A DNA stretch of 64,000 bases from Patescibacteria group bacterium (GCA_023382875.1 JAHDXH010000002.1:5724-69723), one strand, 5' to 3'; shown: positions 37,482 to 47,826, numbered from the stretch's first letter. Notes: a model not told the origin generated them from the sequence alone. Translations and numbers: made by a program.

Positions 37482-38138
37482 ATGGGACAAAAAGTAAATC
37501 CAACCGGCTTTAGAATTGGTAACACCTTCACTTGGAAATCAAGATGGTTTGCCAAGGCAGCAGACTACCAAAACGTAGTTTTGGAAGACAACGCTATCCG
37601 TACTTTCCTTAATGAAAAGTTGGCTAGTGCTGGCGTGGTTGCTATTGAACTCGAGAGATCTTTAACTTCAATTAAAGTGATCTTAGTTGTCTCAAGACCA
37701 GGTGTTGTCATTGGTAAAGGTGGCGAAAACTTGAAAAAAGTTCAAGCTGACCTCAACCGTTTGATCAACATTAAAAGAGAAAAAGGTCAAAAACTTAAGA
37801 TCAATCTTAAGGTTGATGAATTTAAGACACCAGATATTAGTGCAAAATTAGTTGCTCAAAGAATCGCAGAGCAATTGGAAAAAAGATTCCCACACCGCCG
37901 CGCTGTAATGCAAGCTATGGAAAAGGCTATGGCAGCTGGCGCAAAAGGTGTTAAAATTGCTCTTTCTGGAAGAATTGGTGGCGCCGAAATCGGACGCACC
38001 GAAAAGTACTTTGAAGGCAAAGTACCTACTCAAACTTTAAGAGCTAACATTGATTACCATCATGGTCCAGCTTTGACCAAGTCTGGTTTTGTTGGTATTA
38101 AAGTTTGGATTTATAAAGGCAATGTAGACGAGAAATAA
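37482..38138 (+). CDS. rpsC: 30S ribosomal protein S3
   Basis: MGQKVNPTGFRIG start typical of S3. Confidence 0.95.
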   Translation: MGQKVNPTGFRIGNTFTWKSRWFAKAADYQNVVLEDNAIRTFLNEKLASAGVVAIELERSLTSIKVILVVSRPGVVIGKGGENLKKVQADLNRLINIKREKGQKLKINLKVDEFKTPDISAKLVAQRIAEQLEKRFPHRRAVMQAMEKAMAAGAKGVKIALSGRIGGAEIGRTEKYFEGKVPTQTLRANIDYHHGPALTKSGFVGIKVWIYKGNVDEK

Positions 38139-38140
38139 GT

Positions 38141-38548
38141 ATGTTACAACCTAGAAAATCAAAATACCGAAAAGAGTTTAGAGGTTCCATGAAGGGCATT
38201 GCTACTCGTGGTAACACCGTTGCCTTTGGTGATTATGGTTTACAGGCAACTACTTGTGGTTGGGTCTCTGCTCGTGAATTAGAAGCTGCTCGTAAGAAAA
38301 TTACCTTCTCTACCAAAAGAGCTGGTAAATTCTGGTTGAGAGTTTTCCCTCACAAGCCAGTTACTAGTAAACCAGTTGGTGTCAAAATGGGTGCCGGTAA
38401 GGGTGAAATCGACCGCTACGTCTGTGTTGTCAAACCAGGAATGATTATTTACGAAATCGGTGGTGTTACCAAAGAAGTGGCACACTCAGCTTTGAAAAAA
38501 GCTGGTCACAAACTTTCAGTTCGTACTACCGTCGTGGAAAAAATCTAA
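38141..38548 (+). CDS. rplP: 50S ribosomal protein L16
   Basis: L16 family sequence. Confidence 0.95.
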   Translation: MLQPRKSKYRKEFRGSMKGIATRGNTVAFGDYGLQATTCGWVSARELEAARKKITFSTKRAGKFWLRVFPHKPVTSKPVGVKMGAGKGEIDRYVCVVKPGMIIYEIGGVTKEVAHSALKKAGHKLSVRTTVVEKI

Positions 38549-38754
38549 TGAAAAGAAACGATATTAAAGCACTAACCGAAAAAACCGTAGCTCAACTCGA
38601 AAAGCAACTCGGTCAATTACAAAATGAATTGGCTAAAGTTAGACTCGAAAAGAGAGCTATGAAATTAGCTAACATCAGTTTACCTCGTGTTTTGACTGAC
38701 GACATTGCTCGTGTCAAAACTGAGTTAAGAAGAAGAGAATTATTAAACAAATAA
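38548..38754 (+). CDS. rpmC: 50S ribosomal protein L29
   Basis: L29 family sequence. Confidence 0.9.
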   Translation: MKRNDIKALTEKTVAQLEKQLGQLQNELAKVRLEKRAMKLANISLPRVLTDDIARVKTELRRRELLNK

Positions 38755-38755
38755 T

Positions 38756-38989
38756 ATGAAAACTTTACAAGGAACCATCACATCTTTAAAGAATGCTAAG
38801 ACTGCGATTGTGACGGTAAGTAGTCGTAAACTTCATCCTTTGTATAAGAAGTACATGAAGAGTACCAAGAAATATGCTTGTCATTATGAAAATATGACCT
38901 TAGAGCTTGGACAAGAAGTGCAAATTAACGAAAGTAAACCAATTAGCAAAACAAAGAGATTTGTTGTCGCTAACGTAGTAGCAAAATAA
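38756..38989 (+). CDS. rpsQ: 30S ribosomal protein S17
   Basis: S17 family sequence. Confidence 0.9.
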   Translation: MKTLQGTITSLKNAKTAIVTVSSRKLHPLYKKYMKSTKKYACHYENMTLELGQEVQINESKPISKTKRFVVANVVAK

Positions 38990-38999
38990 ATAACCGACC

Positions 39000-39374
39000 A
39001 TGATTCAATTAAGATCAATCCTACACGTCGCTGATAACTCAGGTGCAAAACGCCTCAGAGTAATTCAAGTTCATGGTGGTTCCAAGAGAAAATTTGGTTC
39101 CATTGGTGATATTGTTGCTGCTTCAGTCATTGCTTCTGACACTAAAGGTTCTTTGAAAAAAGGCGAAAAAGTCAAAGCTGTGATTGTCAGAACACACAAA
39201 GAATTCAGAAGAGATAACGGCGAATACATCAGATTTGATGATAACGCTGCCGTCATTATTGAAGGTCGAGACAAAGTTGATCCAATCGGTACTCGTGTCT
39301 TTGGACCAGTAGCTCGGGAGATTAAAAACAAGGGATTCCACAAAATCGCTTCATTAGCTCCAGAAGTTTTATAA
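39000..39374 (+). CDS. rplN: 50S ribosomal protein L14
   Basis: [14 protein letters not shown]. Confidence 0.95.
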   Translation: MIQLRSILHVADNSGAKRLRVIQVHGGSKRKFGSIGDIVAASVIASDTKGSLKKGEKVKAVIVRTHKEFRRDNGEYIRFDDNAAVIIEGRDKVDPIGTRVFGPVAREIKNKGFHKIASLAPEVL

Positions 39375-39378
39375 AACT

Positions 39379-39720
39379 ATGAAATTAAAAATCGGCGATC
39401 AAGTACTAGTAACAATCGGAAAAGACAAAGGCAGAAAAGGTGAAGTCATTAAGACTTTCCCTAAATCTGACCGCGTTGCTGTAAGAGGCATCAACCTTTT
39501 CACCAAACACATCAAGCCTTACGCAGGTAGAGCTGGTGAGAAAAAAGTTAGTGAAAGACCAATGTCTACCGCTAAAGTTGCGATTTTGAACGAAAAAGGT
39601 CAAGCTGATCGCGTTGGCTACAAAGTCAATGAAGATGGTTCTAAAGTGAGAATTTTTAAGAAAACCGGTAAGGCCATTGATTCCGCTAAAAAGGAAAAGG
39701 CTACTGCCAGTAAGAAATAA
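39379..39720 (+). CDS. rplX: 50S ribosomal protein L24
   Basis: KOW motif MKLKIGDQVLVTIGKDKGRKGEV. Confidence 0.9.
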   Translation: MKLKIGDQVLVTIGKDKGRKGEVIKTFPKSDRVAVRGINLFTKHIKPYAGRAGEKKVSERPMSTAKVAILNEKGQADRVGYKVNEDGSKVRIFKKTGKAIDSAKKEKATASKK

Positions 39721-39725
39721 TAACA

Positions 39726-40292
39726 ATGAATAGATTAAAACAGAGATACCAGACAGAGGTCGTACCACAACTCACTAAAGAGTTGGGTATTAAAAATGCT
39801 TTCTCAGTTCCAAAACTAGAAAAAGTAGTCTTGAACATGGGTGTGGTTGATATGCCACAAAATCCTCGTGCTCGTATGGCTATTATTGAAAACGTAGTTG
39901 AGCAATTCCAAGTCATCACCGGTCAGCACCCACAAATCACCAAAGCTAAAAAATCAATCGCTGGTTTCAAGCTTCGTGAGGGTGAACCACTCGGCGTTAT
40001 GGTAACATTACGCGGTGAGAGAATGTGGGAATTTGTCGATAAGCTTATTTCAACAGCATTACCACGTGTTAGAGACTTTACAGGTATTTCTCGTACCGCT
40101 TTCGACGGTCATGGTAATTACAATTTGGGCATTTCTGAACAAATTGTTTTCCCAGAAATCGTTTTTGATTCAATCGAAAGTGTCCGTGGGTTACAAATTA
40201 CTTTTGTGACTAACACAAACTCAAATGAGCAATCCTTCGCTTTACTCAAAGCTTTAGGTATGCCATTTGCTAAAGAAGAGGTTAAAGAATAA
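39726..40292 (+). CDS. rplE: 50S ribosomal protein L5
   Basis: L5 family sequence. Confidence 0.95.
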   Translation: MNRLKQRYQTEVVPQLTKELGIKNAFSVPKLEKVVLNMGVVDMPQNPRARMAIIENVVEQFQVITGQHPQITKAKKSIAGFKLREGEPLGVMVTLRGERMWEFVDKLISTALPRVRDFTGISRTAFDGHGNYNLGISEQIVFPEIVFDSIESVRGLQITFVTNTNSNEQSFALLKALGMPFAKEEVKE

Positions 40293-40297
40293 ATCAT

Positions 40298-40531
40298 ATG
40301 GCAGGAACAAAATCAAAAGTCCTAAAAGCTCAAAGATTGTTAGCCAAGCGCGAGGCATATGCTAAGTCTGGTGTTAAAAAACCAAACCGATTCTCGACTA
40401 GAGGTGAGAATAGGTGTAAAATGACTGGTCGTGCTGGAGGCTACATGCGCTACTTTGGTTTGAGTCGTATTGCCTTTAGAGAGTTAGCAATGAAGGGTGA
40501 ATTGCCCGGCGTGACGAAAGCAAGCAAATAA
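40298..40531 (+). CDS. rpsN: 30S ribosomal protein S14 (77 aa, single Cys; not the Cys4 zinc type)
   Basis: S14 family sequence and operon position between rplE and rpsH. Confidence 0.85.
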   Translation: MAGTKSKVLKAQRLLAKREAYAKSGVKKPNRFSTRGENRCKMTGRAGGYMRYFGLSRIAFRELAMKGELPGVTKASK

Positions 40532-40532
40532 T

Positions 40533-40922
40533 ATGACAGATCCTATTGCAGACATGATCATCCGAGTAAAGAATGCTTTCTTAGCTAGTAGAGCTACTGT
40601 TAGTATTCCTCACTCAAAAATGAAAGAAGCCTTGGCTAAAATTCTCGAAGCCGAAGGTTATGTGGAAAGTTTTGAAGTCAAACCAACTGCTCCACAAAAA
40701 ACTATTGAAATTAAACTTAAATATATTGGTAAGATCCCTGCGATCACTGAAGTGAGAAGACTCTCTAAACCAGGACGCAGAATGTACGCTACTGTTGGAG
40801 AAATCCCACGATCCTTGGGTGGTTACGGCGTTACAATCGTTAGTACAAGTAAGGGAGTTATTACCGACAAAGATGCTCGTAAAATGAACATCGGCGGCGA
40901 AGTACTCTGTCAAATTTGGTAA
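40533..40922 (+). CDS. rpsH: 30S ribosomal protein S8
   Basis: S8 family sequence. Confidence 0.95.
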   Translation: MTDPIADMIIRVKNAFLASRATVSIPHSKMKEALAKILEAEGYVESFEVKPTAPQKTIEIKLKYIGKIPAITEVRRLSKPGRRMYATVGEIPRSLGGYGVTIVSTSKGVITDKDARKMNIGGEVLCQIW

Positions 40923-41464
40923 ATAATATGTCAAGAATCGGAAGAAAACCAGTTGCTCTTACTACCGGCGTCAAAGCTGAAGTAGTTGGCAACGAAGTAG
41001 TAGTCAGAGGCGCCAAAGGCGAACTCAAAGTTACTATTCCAGCTGGCATCGAAGTTAAGATTGAAGACAACAGTGTTGTTGTTTCCGCTCTTAACGAAGA
41101 AAATCAAACCAGAGCTTTCCACGGTTTAGTGAGAAGTTTGGTTGAAAATGCTAACGAAGGTGTTTCTACTGGTTACAAAAAAACATTGAAAATGATCGGT
41201 ACCGGTTATAGAGTTGCTCTCAAGGGTGCAGGTTTAGAATTAGCTGTTGGTTTTTCTCACAAAGTTGAAGTCAAGCCAAGAGTTGGTGTCAAATTCACCA
41301 TTGAAGGACAAGATACTATCCATGTTGAAGGTATTGATAAGCAAGTCGTTGGTCAACAAGCTGCTGAGATTAGAGCGATTAAACCACCAGAGCCTTACTT
41401 GGGCAAAGGTATTCGCTATGAAAATGAAGAAGTGATTAGAAAACAAGGTAAGACTGCCGCCTAA
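40916..41464 (+). CDS. rplF: 50S ribosomal protein L6
   Basis: L6 family sequence. Confidence 0.95.
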   Translation: MVNNMSRIGRKPVALTTGVKAEVVGNEVVVRGAKGELKVTIPAGIEVKIEDNSVVVSALNEENQTRAFHGLVRSLVENANEGVSTGYKKTLKMIGTGYRVALKGAGLELAVGFSHKVEVKPRVGVKFTIEGQDTIHVEGIDKQVVGQQAAEIRAIKPPEPYLGKGIRYENEEVIRKQGKTAA

Positions 41465-41465
41465 A

Positions 41466-41834
41466 ATGCAAAAAATTAAACAAAACTTAACCCTAGCTGA
41501 AAAAAGAGCTCGCAGAGTCAGAAGTAAAATTTCTGGTACTGCCGAGCGTCCAAGATTAACTGTTTTCAGATCAAACAAATACACTTACTTACAAGTGATT
41601 GATGATCAAGCTGGAAAAACATTGGCTGCTGCCAGTGACGTTTCAGTCAAAAAAGCAGGTGTTAAATTGGACGGCAAAAAGATGGAAAATGCTGTCGTAG
41701 TTGCTCAGGAATTGTTCAAGCAACTTAAAACTAAAAAGATCTCAGCAATCAGATTTGATCGCGGTTCTTACCGCTATCACGGCAGACTCAAGGCAGTCGC
41801 CGATGCATTGAGAGAAGCAGGTATTGAAGTCTAA
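41466..41834 (+). CDS. rplR: 50S ribosomal protein L18
   Basis: L18 family sequence. Confidence 0.9.
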   Translation: MQKIKQNLTLAEKRARRVRSKISGTAERPRLTVFRSNKYTYLQVIDDQAGKTLAAASDVSVKKAGVKLDGKKMENAVVVAQELFKQLKTKKISAIRFDRGSYRYHGRLKAVADALREAGIEV

Positions 41835-41839
41835 AATAT

Positions 41840-42532
41840 ATGGCATACAACAACGAAGATCAAAAAAACCAGAAACAAAAGAGAGAACCAAAGGAATTTG
41901 AAGAAAAAGTTATTCAAATTTCTAGAGTTTCCAAAAAAACCAAAGGTGGTAACAAATCCGGCTTTTCAGTTTTGATGGTTGTTGGTGACAAAAAAGGTCA
42001 GGTTGGCGTTGGTTTAGGTAAGGCAAGTGACGTTATTGGCGCGATCAAAAAGGGTATTAAAAAAGCCCGCAAAAAAATGATCACTATTCCACTTGATGGA
42101 ACAACAATTCCTTTCTCAGTTGAAGTTAAAAAAGGTGCTGGTGTAGTTATGCTTAAACCAGCTCCAAAAGGTTCAGGTGTTATCGCTGGTGGCCCAATTA
42201 GAGCTGTGGTCGAAGCTGCTGGTATTAGAGATATCTCTAGTAAAATTATGGGCAGTGAAAACAAAGCTTCTAGTGTTTACGCTACTTTTGAAGCCTTAAC
42301 TCAAATCACTAAATTAGTTAAAATCAAAAATATCAAATTAAGATCCATTGCTGAAATTGAAGCAGAAGAAAAGAAAAAAGCTGAAGAAATTCAAGCTAAA
42401 GACAAAAAAGCTGCTCAGGAAGCTAAAGCCAAAGAGGCTAGTGAAGCTAAGCCAGCTGCTAAAAAAGTTGTCAAAAAGCCAGTTGCAAAGAAACCAGCTG
42501 TTGCCAAAAAACCAGCTGCTAAGAAGGAATAA
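41840..42532 (+). CDS. rpsE: 30S ribosomal protein S5 (with about 70-aa Lys/Ala/Glu-rich C-terminal extension); L30 gene absent downstream
   Basis: S5 core plus KKKAEEIQAKDKKAAQEAKAK...AKKPA tail; the next gene is rplO directly. Confidence 0.95.
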   Translation: MAYNNEDQKNQKQKREPKEFEEKVIQISRVSKKTKGGNKSGFSVLMVVGDKKGQVGVGLGKASDVIGAIKKGIKKARKKMITIPLDGTTIPFSVEVKKGAGVVMLKPAPKGSGVIAGGPIRAVVEAAGIRDISSKIMGSENKASSVYATFEALTQITKLVKIKNIKLRSIAEIEAEEKKKAEEIQAKDKKAAQEAKAKEASEAKPAAKKVVKKPVAKKPAVAKKPAAKKE

Positions 42533-42534
42533 CC

Positions 42535-42972
42535 ATGTCATTACTTAACCAATTAACCAGTGTTACCAGTAGAGCCAAGAAACGCGTTGGTCGTGGTTAT
42601 GGCAGTGGTAAAGGTGGACACAATTCAGGTAAAGGTACCAAGGGTCAAAACGCCCGACGTGGTGGCGGTGTGGCTCAATGGTTTGAAGGTGGTCAATTAC
42701 CAATCATCAAGAGAATGCCAATGATGCGTGGTAAATCTAGACTCGAAATTGTCAATCCAACCGCTCAATTATCTCTCACAGAAATCGAAAACTTAAAAAC
42801 TGAAGTTATCACATTAGAGTCTCTCAAATTAGAGAAGGCTATTGATGGTAGATTCAAAAAAGCAAAGATTGTTGGAAACGGTAGTATCTCGAGAAAAGTA
42901 ACAGTTGAAGGTGTCGGTGTAACCGCTGGCGCTAAGGCTGCTATAGAAAAAGCAGGTGGCAAAGTGGTATAA
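42535..42972 (+). CDS. rplO: 50S ribosomal protein L15
   Basis: L15 family sequence. Confidence 0.95.
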   Translation: MSLLNQLTSVTSRAKKRVGRGYGSGKGGHNSGKGTKGQNARRGGGVAQWFEGGQLPIIKRMPMMRGKSRLEIVNPTAQLSLTEIENLKTEVITLESLKLEKAIDGRFKKAKIVGNGSISRKVTVEGVGVTAGAKAAIEKAGGKVV

Positions 42973-42981
42973 ACTTACTTT

Positions 42982-44265
42982 GTGAAAAAACTACAACAAA
43001 AACTTCAACAAATATTCCAAAATCAAGAGTTAAAAAAGAAACTCATCTTCACTGCAACCATTTTCTTTGTTTACCGGTTGCTCTCGCACATTCCTTTACC
43101 AGCTATTGATGTAGATAAGCTTTCTACTTTGTTTGCTTCAAGTCAATTTTTAAGTTTACTTAACATCTTTTCTGGTGGAACCTTGTCTAATTTTTCTATT
43201 GTCGCCGTTGGTATTAGTCCTTACATTACCGCTAGTATTATCTTGCAATTAGCAGCCATGGTTTTTCCTGCTTTGAAGGAAATGCAAAAAGATGGTCAAG
43301 CTGGTCAAGAAAAATATAATCAATACACAAGACTTTTGGCGGTACCACTGGGTGTGGTACAAAGTATTTCCGTTTTAGCATTGCTCAATTCTCAAGGATT
43401 GATGCAGGCTGGACACCCATTATTGTTGGTTGTTATGATTATGAGTTTGATTGCTGGTTCGATGATTGTGATGTGGTTTGGCGAATTGCTTTCTGAATAC
43501 GGTATTGGCAATGGTATTTCTATGATTTTGTTTGCCGGTATTATTTCTCAATTCCCACAAGCTGTTGCTCAAGCCTTGTCCGTTTCCACCAGTGACCAAT
43601 GGATGACTAATTTGGTCTTCGTTGCAGTCTTCGTGTTGATTATCGCTTTGGTGGTTTTCATGAATGAAGCCATTCGAAAGGTGCAAATTCAATACGCCAA
43701 AAGAATGCGTGGTGGTAGAGAAATGGGTGGCCAAATTACTCATTTGCCAATTCGCGTTAACGTTGCTGGCGTGATGCCAATCATCTTTGCGGTTTCTTTG
43801 ATGATGGCACCCTCATTTATTGGTAGACTTTTAATTTCTACGGGTAAAGAAACTTGGATTAATGTTGGTCAACAATTGAGTATTTGGTTCACTCAAACCA
43901 ACCCAATTTACATCATTACCTATTTCACAATTGTCTTTATTTTCACTTTCTTCTCAGCTTTGGTGTTCTTTAACGCAGAAGATATTAGTAAAGAATTGAA
44001 AAAGAGTGGTGCTTTTGTACCTGGTATTAGACCTGGTGGTCCAACTAAGAAATATCTCGAATTTGTGGTGACTAGAATCACTTTAGTTGGTGCTTTGTTC
44101 CTTGGTTTTATTGCCGTTATGCCATCACTAGCCCAGGTGTTTACCGGAGTTAGTTCCTTGGCTGTTGGTGGAACTAGTGTCTTGATCGTCGTCTCTGTGG
44201 TTTTAGAAACCACTAAACAAATAGAAAGTATGCTTGTTGGTCAAAATTACGACCAATATATTTAG
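42982..44265 (+). CDS. secY: preprotein translocase subunit SecY
   Basis: 10-helix SecY sequence and operon position. Confidence 0.95.
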   Translation: MKKLQQKLQQIFQNQELKKKLIFTATIFFVYRLLSHIPLPAIDVDKLSTLFASSQFLSLLNIFSGGTLSNFSIVAVGISPYITASIILQLAAMVFPALKEMQKDGQAGQEKYNQYTRLLAVPLGVVQSISVLALLNSQGLMQAGHPLLLVVMIMSLIAGSMIVMWFGELLSEYGIGNGISMILFAGIISQFPQAVAQALSVSTSDQWMTNLVFVAVFVLIIALVVFMNEAIRKVQIQYAKRMRGGREMGGQITHLPIRVNVAGVMPIIFAVSLMMAPSFIGRLLISTGKETWINVGQQLSIWFTQTNPIYIITYFTIVFIFTFFSALVFFNAEDISKELKKSGAFVPGIRPGGPTKKYLEFVVTRITLVGALFLGFIAVMPSLAQVFTGVSSLAVGGTSVLIVVSVVLETTKQIESMLVGQNYDQYI

Positions 44266-44286
44266 TAAATATTAAAAGAAAAAACT

Positions 44287-44829
44287 ATGAAAATTGTTTT
44301 GGTTGGTATCCAAGGTGCAGGCAAATCCACTCAGGGCAACTTACTCTCACAAGAGTTAAACGTTCCTTACCTTTCCTCGGGTCACATTTTTAGAGAAATG
44401 GCTAAAGAAAAAACTAAATTAGGCCGTTGGTTGAAAGAAACTCTTAATTCTGGAGCTTTAGTTCCTGATGAAACAACCATGGATATTATTTTTGAATACT
44501 TAGACAAGCCTGAGTACTCCAATGGCTATATTCTCGATGGTTTCCCACGCACTTTAGCTCAAGCAGAAGTTTTCACAGATCGAAAAGGTGTTGATAAAGT
44601 AGTTTTGATCGACGTTTCTGACAAAGAAGCTTTGTGGAGAATTTCTGGTAGAGTTGCAGACAGACAAGATGAAACTTTGCAAGCCATTAGAAAAAGAATC
44701 GCTCTTTTCCATGAATCTACCTCAGCCGTGGTTGAGTACTACCAAGATCGTGGTATGTTAGTTAGAGTCGATGGTGAAAAAGATGTCGATGACGTCTTCG
44801 CCGAAATTAAAAAGCATTTGGGAAGATAA
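44287..44829 (+). CDS. adk: adenylate kinase (short type without zinc lid)
   Basis: GIQGAGKST P-loop and operon position. Confidence 0.9.
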   Translation: MKIVLVGIQGAGKSTQGNLLSQELNVPYLSSGHIFREMAKEKTKLGRWLKETLNSGALVPDETTMDIIFEYLDKPEYSNGYILDGFPRTLAQAEVFTDRKGVDKVVLIDVSDKEALWRISGRVADRQDETLQAIRKRIALFHESTSAVVEYYQDRGMLVRVDGEKDVDDVFAEIKKHLGR

Positions 44830-44860
44830 ATTTAGTCAAATAATGGTATAATATAGGCCT

Positions 44861-45190
44861 ATGGGAAAAGTTCAAGCTCATAAAAGAGCAGCAAAAGCTA
44901 AAAGACAAGTTGATTTAACCTCTGAAAAATCTCAAGCGGTTGACCGTTTTGAGATCGAAGGCGAGGTTTTGCAATGCTTGCCTAATACCATGTTTAGAAT
45001 TGAAGTTACAAAGAGTGAAGTTGAGCCTATTATTGGCAAAACTTTATTAGGTACTTTGGCAGGAAAAATGCGATTGTATCGAATCAGGGTTATGCCTGGT
45101 GATTTAGTCAAAGGTTATGTCAGTAAATATGACCTCGGAAAGTGTAAAATCACCTATAGATCAACCAAAACTGATTCGCAGTCAATTTAA
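44861..45190 (+). CDS. infA: translation initiation factor IF-1 with about 25-aa N-terminal extension
   Basis: S1-like core (IEGEVLQCLPNTMFRIEV ... GKMR) preceded by a basic extension. Confidence 0.85.
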   Translation: MGKVQAHKRAAKAKRQVDLTSEKSQAVDRFEIEGEVLQCLPNTMFRIEVTKSEVEPIIGKTLLGTLAGKMRLYRIRVMPGDLVKGYVSKYDLGKCKITYRSTKTDSQSI

Positions 45191-45266
45191 TACTTGTCTA
45201 ATCTGGCCTCTTGAGGTATATTTCAAGTCTGTTAATTTTATTTTCGCAGTAAAAAGATAACAAAAG

Positions 45267-45380
45267 ATGAAAGTTAAAGCATCAGTCAAAAAAATCTGTA
45301 TTCATTGCAAGTCTGTAAAGCGCAAAGGCGTTTTACGTGTTATTTGTAAAAATAAGAAACATAAACAACGTCAAGGATAA
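45267..45380 (+). CDS. rpmJ: 50S ribosomal protein L36 (37 aa; below ORF-track cutoff)
   Basis: [37 protein letters not shown], zinc-ribbon C..C...C..H pattern. Confidence 0.9.
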   Translation: MKVKASVKKICIHCKSVKRKGVLRVICKNKKHKQRQG

Positions 45381-45386
45381 AAGAAT

Positions 45387-45797
45387 ATGCCACGTATCGT
45401 CGGTGTCGACATTCCAGATAACAAGAAAGTTCTTTATTCACTCACAGCCGTTTATGGCGTGGGTCTTAAAGTATCAGAGAAAGTCTTAGCTCAGTCAGGT
45501 GTTGATCCAGACAAACGTGCTAGAGATTTGACCCAAGATGAAGTTGGTAAGATTAATAAAGTTTTAGAAAACTACATCAACGAAGGTAATCTTCGTCGCC
45601 AAGTTGCTGAGAACATTAATCGTTTAAAGAGAATCAGAGCTTATCGTGGTCTTCGCCACATTGCCAAACTCCCTGCTAGAGGTCAAAGAACCAAAACTAA
45701 CTCTCGTAACGCCCGCGGTGGTGCTAAGAGAAAGACTGTTGGTGCTCTTACCAAAGAGATGGCAGCTAAATTAGATGCAGCAAAAGCAAAGAAATAA
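45387..45797 (+). CDS. rpsM: 30S ribosomal protein S13
   Basis: S13 family sequence. Confidence 0.95.
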   Translation: MPRIVGVDIPDNKKVLYSLTAVYGVGLKVSEKVLAQSGVDPDKRARDLTQDEVGKINKVLENYINEGNLRRQVAENINRLKRIRAYRGLRHIAKLPARGQRTKTNSRNARGGAKRKTVGALTKEMAAKLDAAKAKK

Positions 45798-45807
45798 GAT
45801 TTGAACC

Positions 45808-46206
45808 ATGCAAAAAAGACAAGCCAATACTAGTAAAGTTAAAAAAGCACTTAGATCAGTACCTAATGGTAGAGTTTATATTACCGCTACTTTCAACAAC
45901 ACTTTAGTTAGTGTGACTGATGAGCAAGGTAATGTTCTCTGCTGGGCATCAACTGGTGGAGCAGGTTTCTCTGGTTCCAGAAAATCTACTCCATACGCAG
46001 CTACAGTGACCATGGAAAACGCTCTTAACAAAGCTAAAGTCTATGGAATGCACACTATTGATGTTTTCTTAAAGGGTCCAGGTCCAGGTAGAGATGTGGC
46101 TTTAAGAGTTATTAAGGCACAAGGTTTGAGAATTGGCATGATTGCCGATATGACCCCAATGCCACACAATGGTACTAGACCAAGAAAAGCTAAACACAAC
46201 AGATAA
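45808..46206 (+). CDS. rpsK: 30S ribosomal protein S11
   Basis: S11 family sequence. Confidence 0.95.
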   Translation: MQKRQANTSKVKKALRSVPNGRVYITATFNNTLVSVTDEQGNVLCWASTGGAGFSGSRKSTPYAATVTMENALNKAKVYGMHTIDVFLKGPGPGRDVALRVIKAQGLRIGMIADMTPMPHNGTRPRKAKHNR

Positions 46207-46217
46207 AACATAAAACT

Positions 46218-46823
46218 ATGGCAAGATATACAGGTCCAAAAAACAAACTAGCAAGAAAAATCGGTGAAGATTTGGGTTTAAAATCCAATTCATTGAAAGT
46301 TGCCAAAAGACTTTCTATTTTCCCAGGCCAACACGGCGTTAAAGGAAGAAGAAAAGTTTCTGATTACGGTAAACAGCTCAAGGAAAAGCAAAAAGTCAAA
46401 TTTATTTATGGCATTTTGGAAAAATACTTGCGCCGCCAATATGATGAAGCTGTGAAGAATCCATTGGCTACTGGTGCAACCATGCTTAGTTTGCTCGAAA
46501 GAAGATTAGACAATGTTGTTTACCGCTTAGGTTGGGCTGCTACTAGAGCTGCCGCTCGTCAATTAGTGACCCACAACCACATTTTGGTTAACAACAAAAA
46601 AATGAACATTGCTTCTTATCAGGTTCACACTGACGACGTTTTGACTATCCGTGAGGGTAGTATGAGATCTCACTTATTGGCTGAAAGAGTCAAAGAGGCC
46701 GTCCCAAGTGTTACTTGGTTGGAATCAAAAGCTCAAGTGGCTAAGGTTTCTCGCCTCCCACAAAGAGATGACGTATTAGAAAATATTGAGGAGCAACTCA
46801 TTGTTGAGTACTACTCAAGATAA
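46218..46823 (+). CDS. rpsD: 30S ribosomal protein S4
   Basis: S4 family sequence. Confidence 0.95.
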   Translation: MARYTGPKNKLARKIGEDLGLKSNSLKVAKRLSIFPGQHGVKGRRKVSDYGKQLKEKQKVKFIYGILEKYLRRQYDEAVKNPLATGATMLSLLERRLDNVVYRLGWAATRAAARQLVTHNHILVNNKKMNIASYQVHTDDVLTIREGSMRSHLLAERVKEAVPSVTWLESKAQVAKVSRLPQRDDVLENIEEQLIVEYYSR

Positions 46824-46858
46824 TAATTATCTGGAAAACGGACCTAGCAGAGCTAGGG

Positions 46859-47821
46859 ATGAAACAAAGGAAAAATATGAAAAAACTTGCACAATACCCA
46901 GTCATGAGCCCTGTCTTTGGTGTCAGTGAAGCTGCTACTACTGATAGACAAGCTACTATCGTGATTGAACCATTGGAAAATGGTTATGGTCACACTTTAG
47001 GTAATGCTTTGAGAAGAATTCTCTTAACTTCATTGCCAGGTGTCGCTGTTACTTCTGTCAGAATTGACGGTGTTGACCACCAATATTCTGGTCTTGAGGG
47101 TGTCAGTGAAGACGTCATTGAAATCATTTTGAACATTAAATCTTTGAGAATTAAATCAGAAACCAGTTCTGAATCTGGTATTTTGAGATTAAACGTTTCT
47201 GGTCCAGGTGAAATCACCGCTAAAGACATTAAATGTGATGCTGGTTTTGAAATCGTCAACCCAGATCAACACATTGCTGTTTTAGCTAAAGGCAAAACTT
47301 TGGACATCGAAATGACTGTCGAATCAGGTATTGGTTACGATATGTCTACCGGTAGAGAAACTAGTGTTGTTGGTGAAATTCCAGTTGACGCTTTGTTCTC
47401 ACCAGTCGTCAAAGTTTCTTACAAAGTCGAAGCTACTCGCGTCGGCCGAAGAACTGACTACGACAGAATCGTTTTCGACATTACTACTGACGGTACTATT
47501 AGTCCACTTGAAGCTTTAAAGCAAGCTGCTCAAGTTTTGGCTAAACAAGCTACTCAGGTTTTCAACCCAGTTCTTCCAGAAGTGGAAGTTAAGGAAGAAA
47601 TCTTAAGCCCTGAAGAAGCTGAAGTTTTGAAATTAACCGTAGAAGAATTGGATTTGCCAACTCGCATCGCTAACGCTTTGCGCAAAGGTGGATTCGAAAC
47701 CGTAGGCGACCTCCAAGGCGCTCCAAGAGATGTGATTGCTAAAGTCAAGAACTTGGGTGAAAAAAGTGTGGATGTCATCAACGACGCTCTTCTGAAAAAA
47801 GGAGTTAGTTTGGGTGAATAA
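46859..47821 (+). CDS. rpoA: DNA-directed RNA polymerase subunit alpha
   Basis: RpoA N-terminal domain plus C-terminal domain. Confidence 0.95.
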   Translation: MKQRKNMKKLAQYPVMSPVFGVSEAATTDRQATIVIEPLENGYGHTLGNALRRILLTSLPGVAVTSVRIDGVDHQYSGLEGVSEDVIEIILNIKSLRIKSETSSESGILRLNVSGPGEITAKDIKCDAGFEIVNPDQHIAVLAKGKTLDIEMTVESGIGYDMSTGRETSVVGEIPVDALFSPVVKVSYKVEATRVGRRTDYDRIVFDITTDGTISPLEALKQAAQVLAKQATQVFNPVLPEVEVKEEILSPEEAEVLKLTVEELDLPTRIANALRKGGFETVGDLQGAPRDVIAKVKNLGEKSVDVINDALLKKGVSLGE

Positions 47822-47826
47822 ATAAT

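Noticed and set aside
35189-42548. Numerous antisense or alternative-frame ORFs within ribosomal protein genes (for example 35189..35524, 35549..35905, 38279..38485, 39071..39343, 40614..40934, 41240..41584, 42338..42541, 42348..42548)
   Set aside because: They are embedded in highly conserved r-protein genes. Several are Lys- or Phe-rich translations of the Lys/Ala-rich tail regions in other frames.
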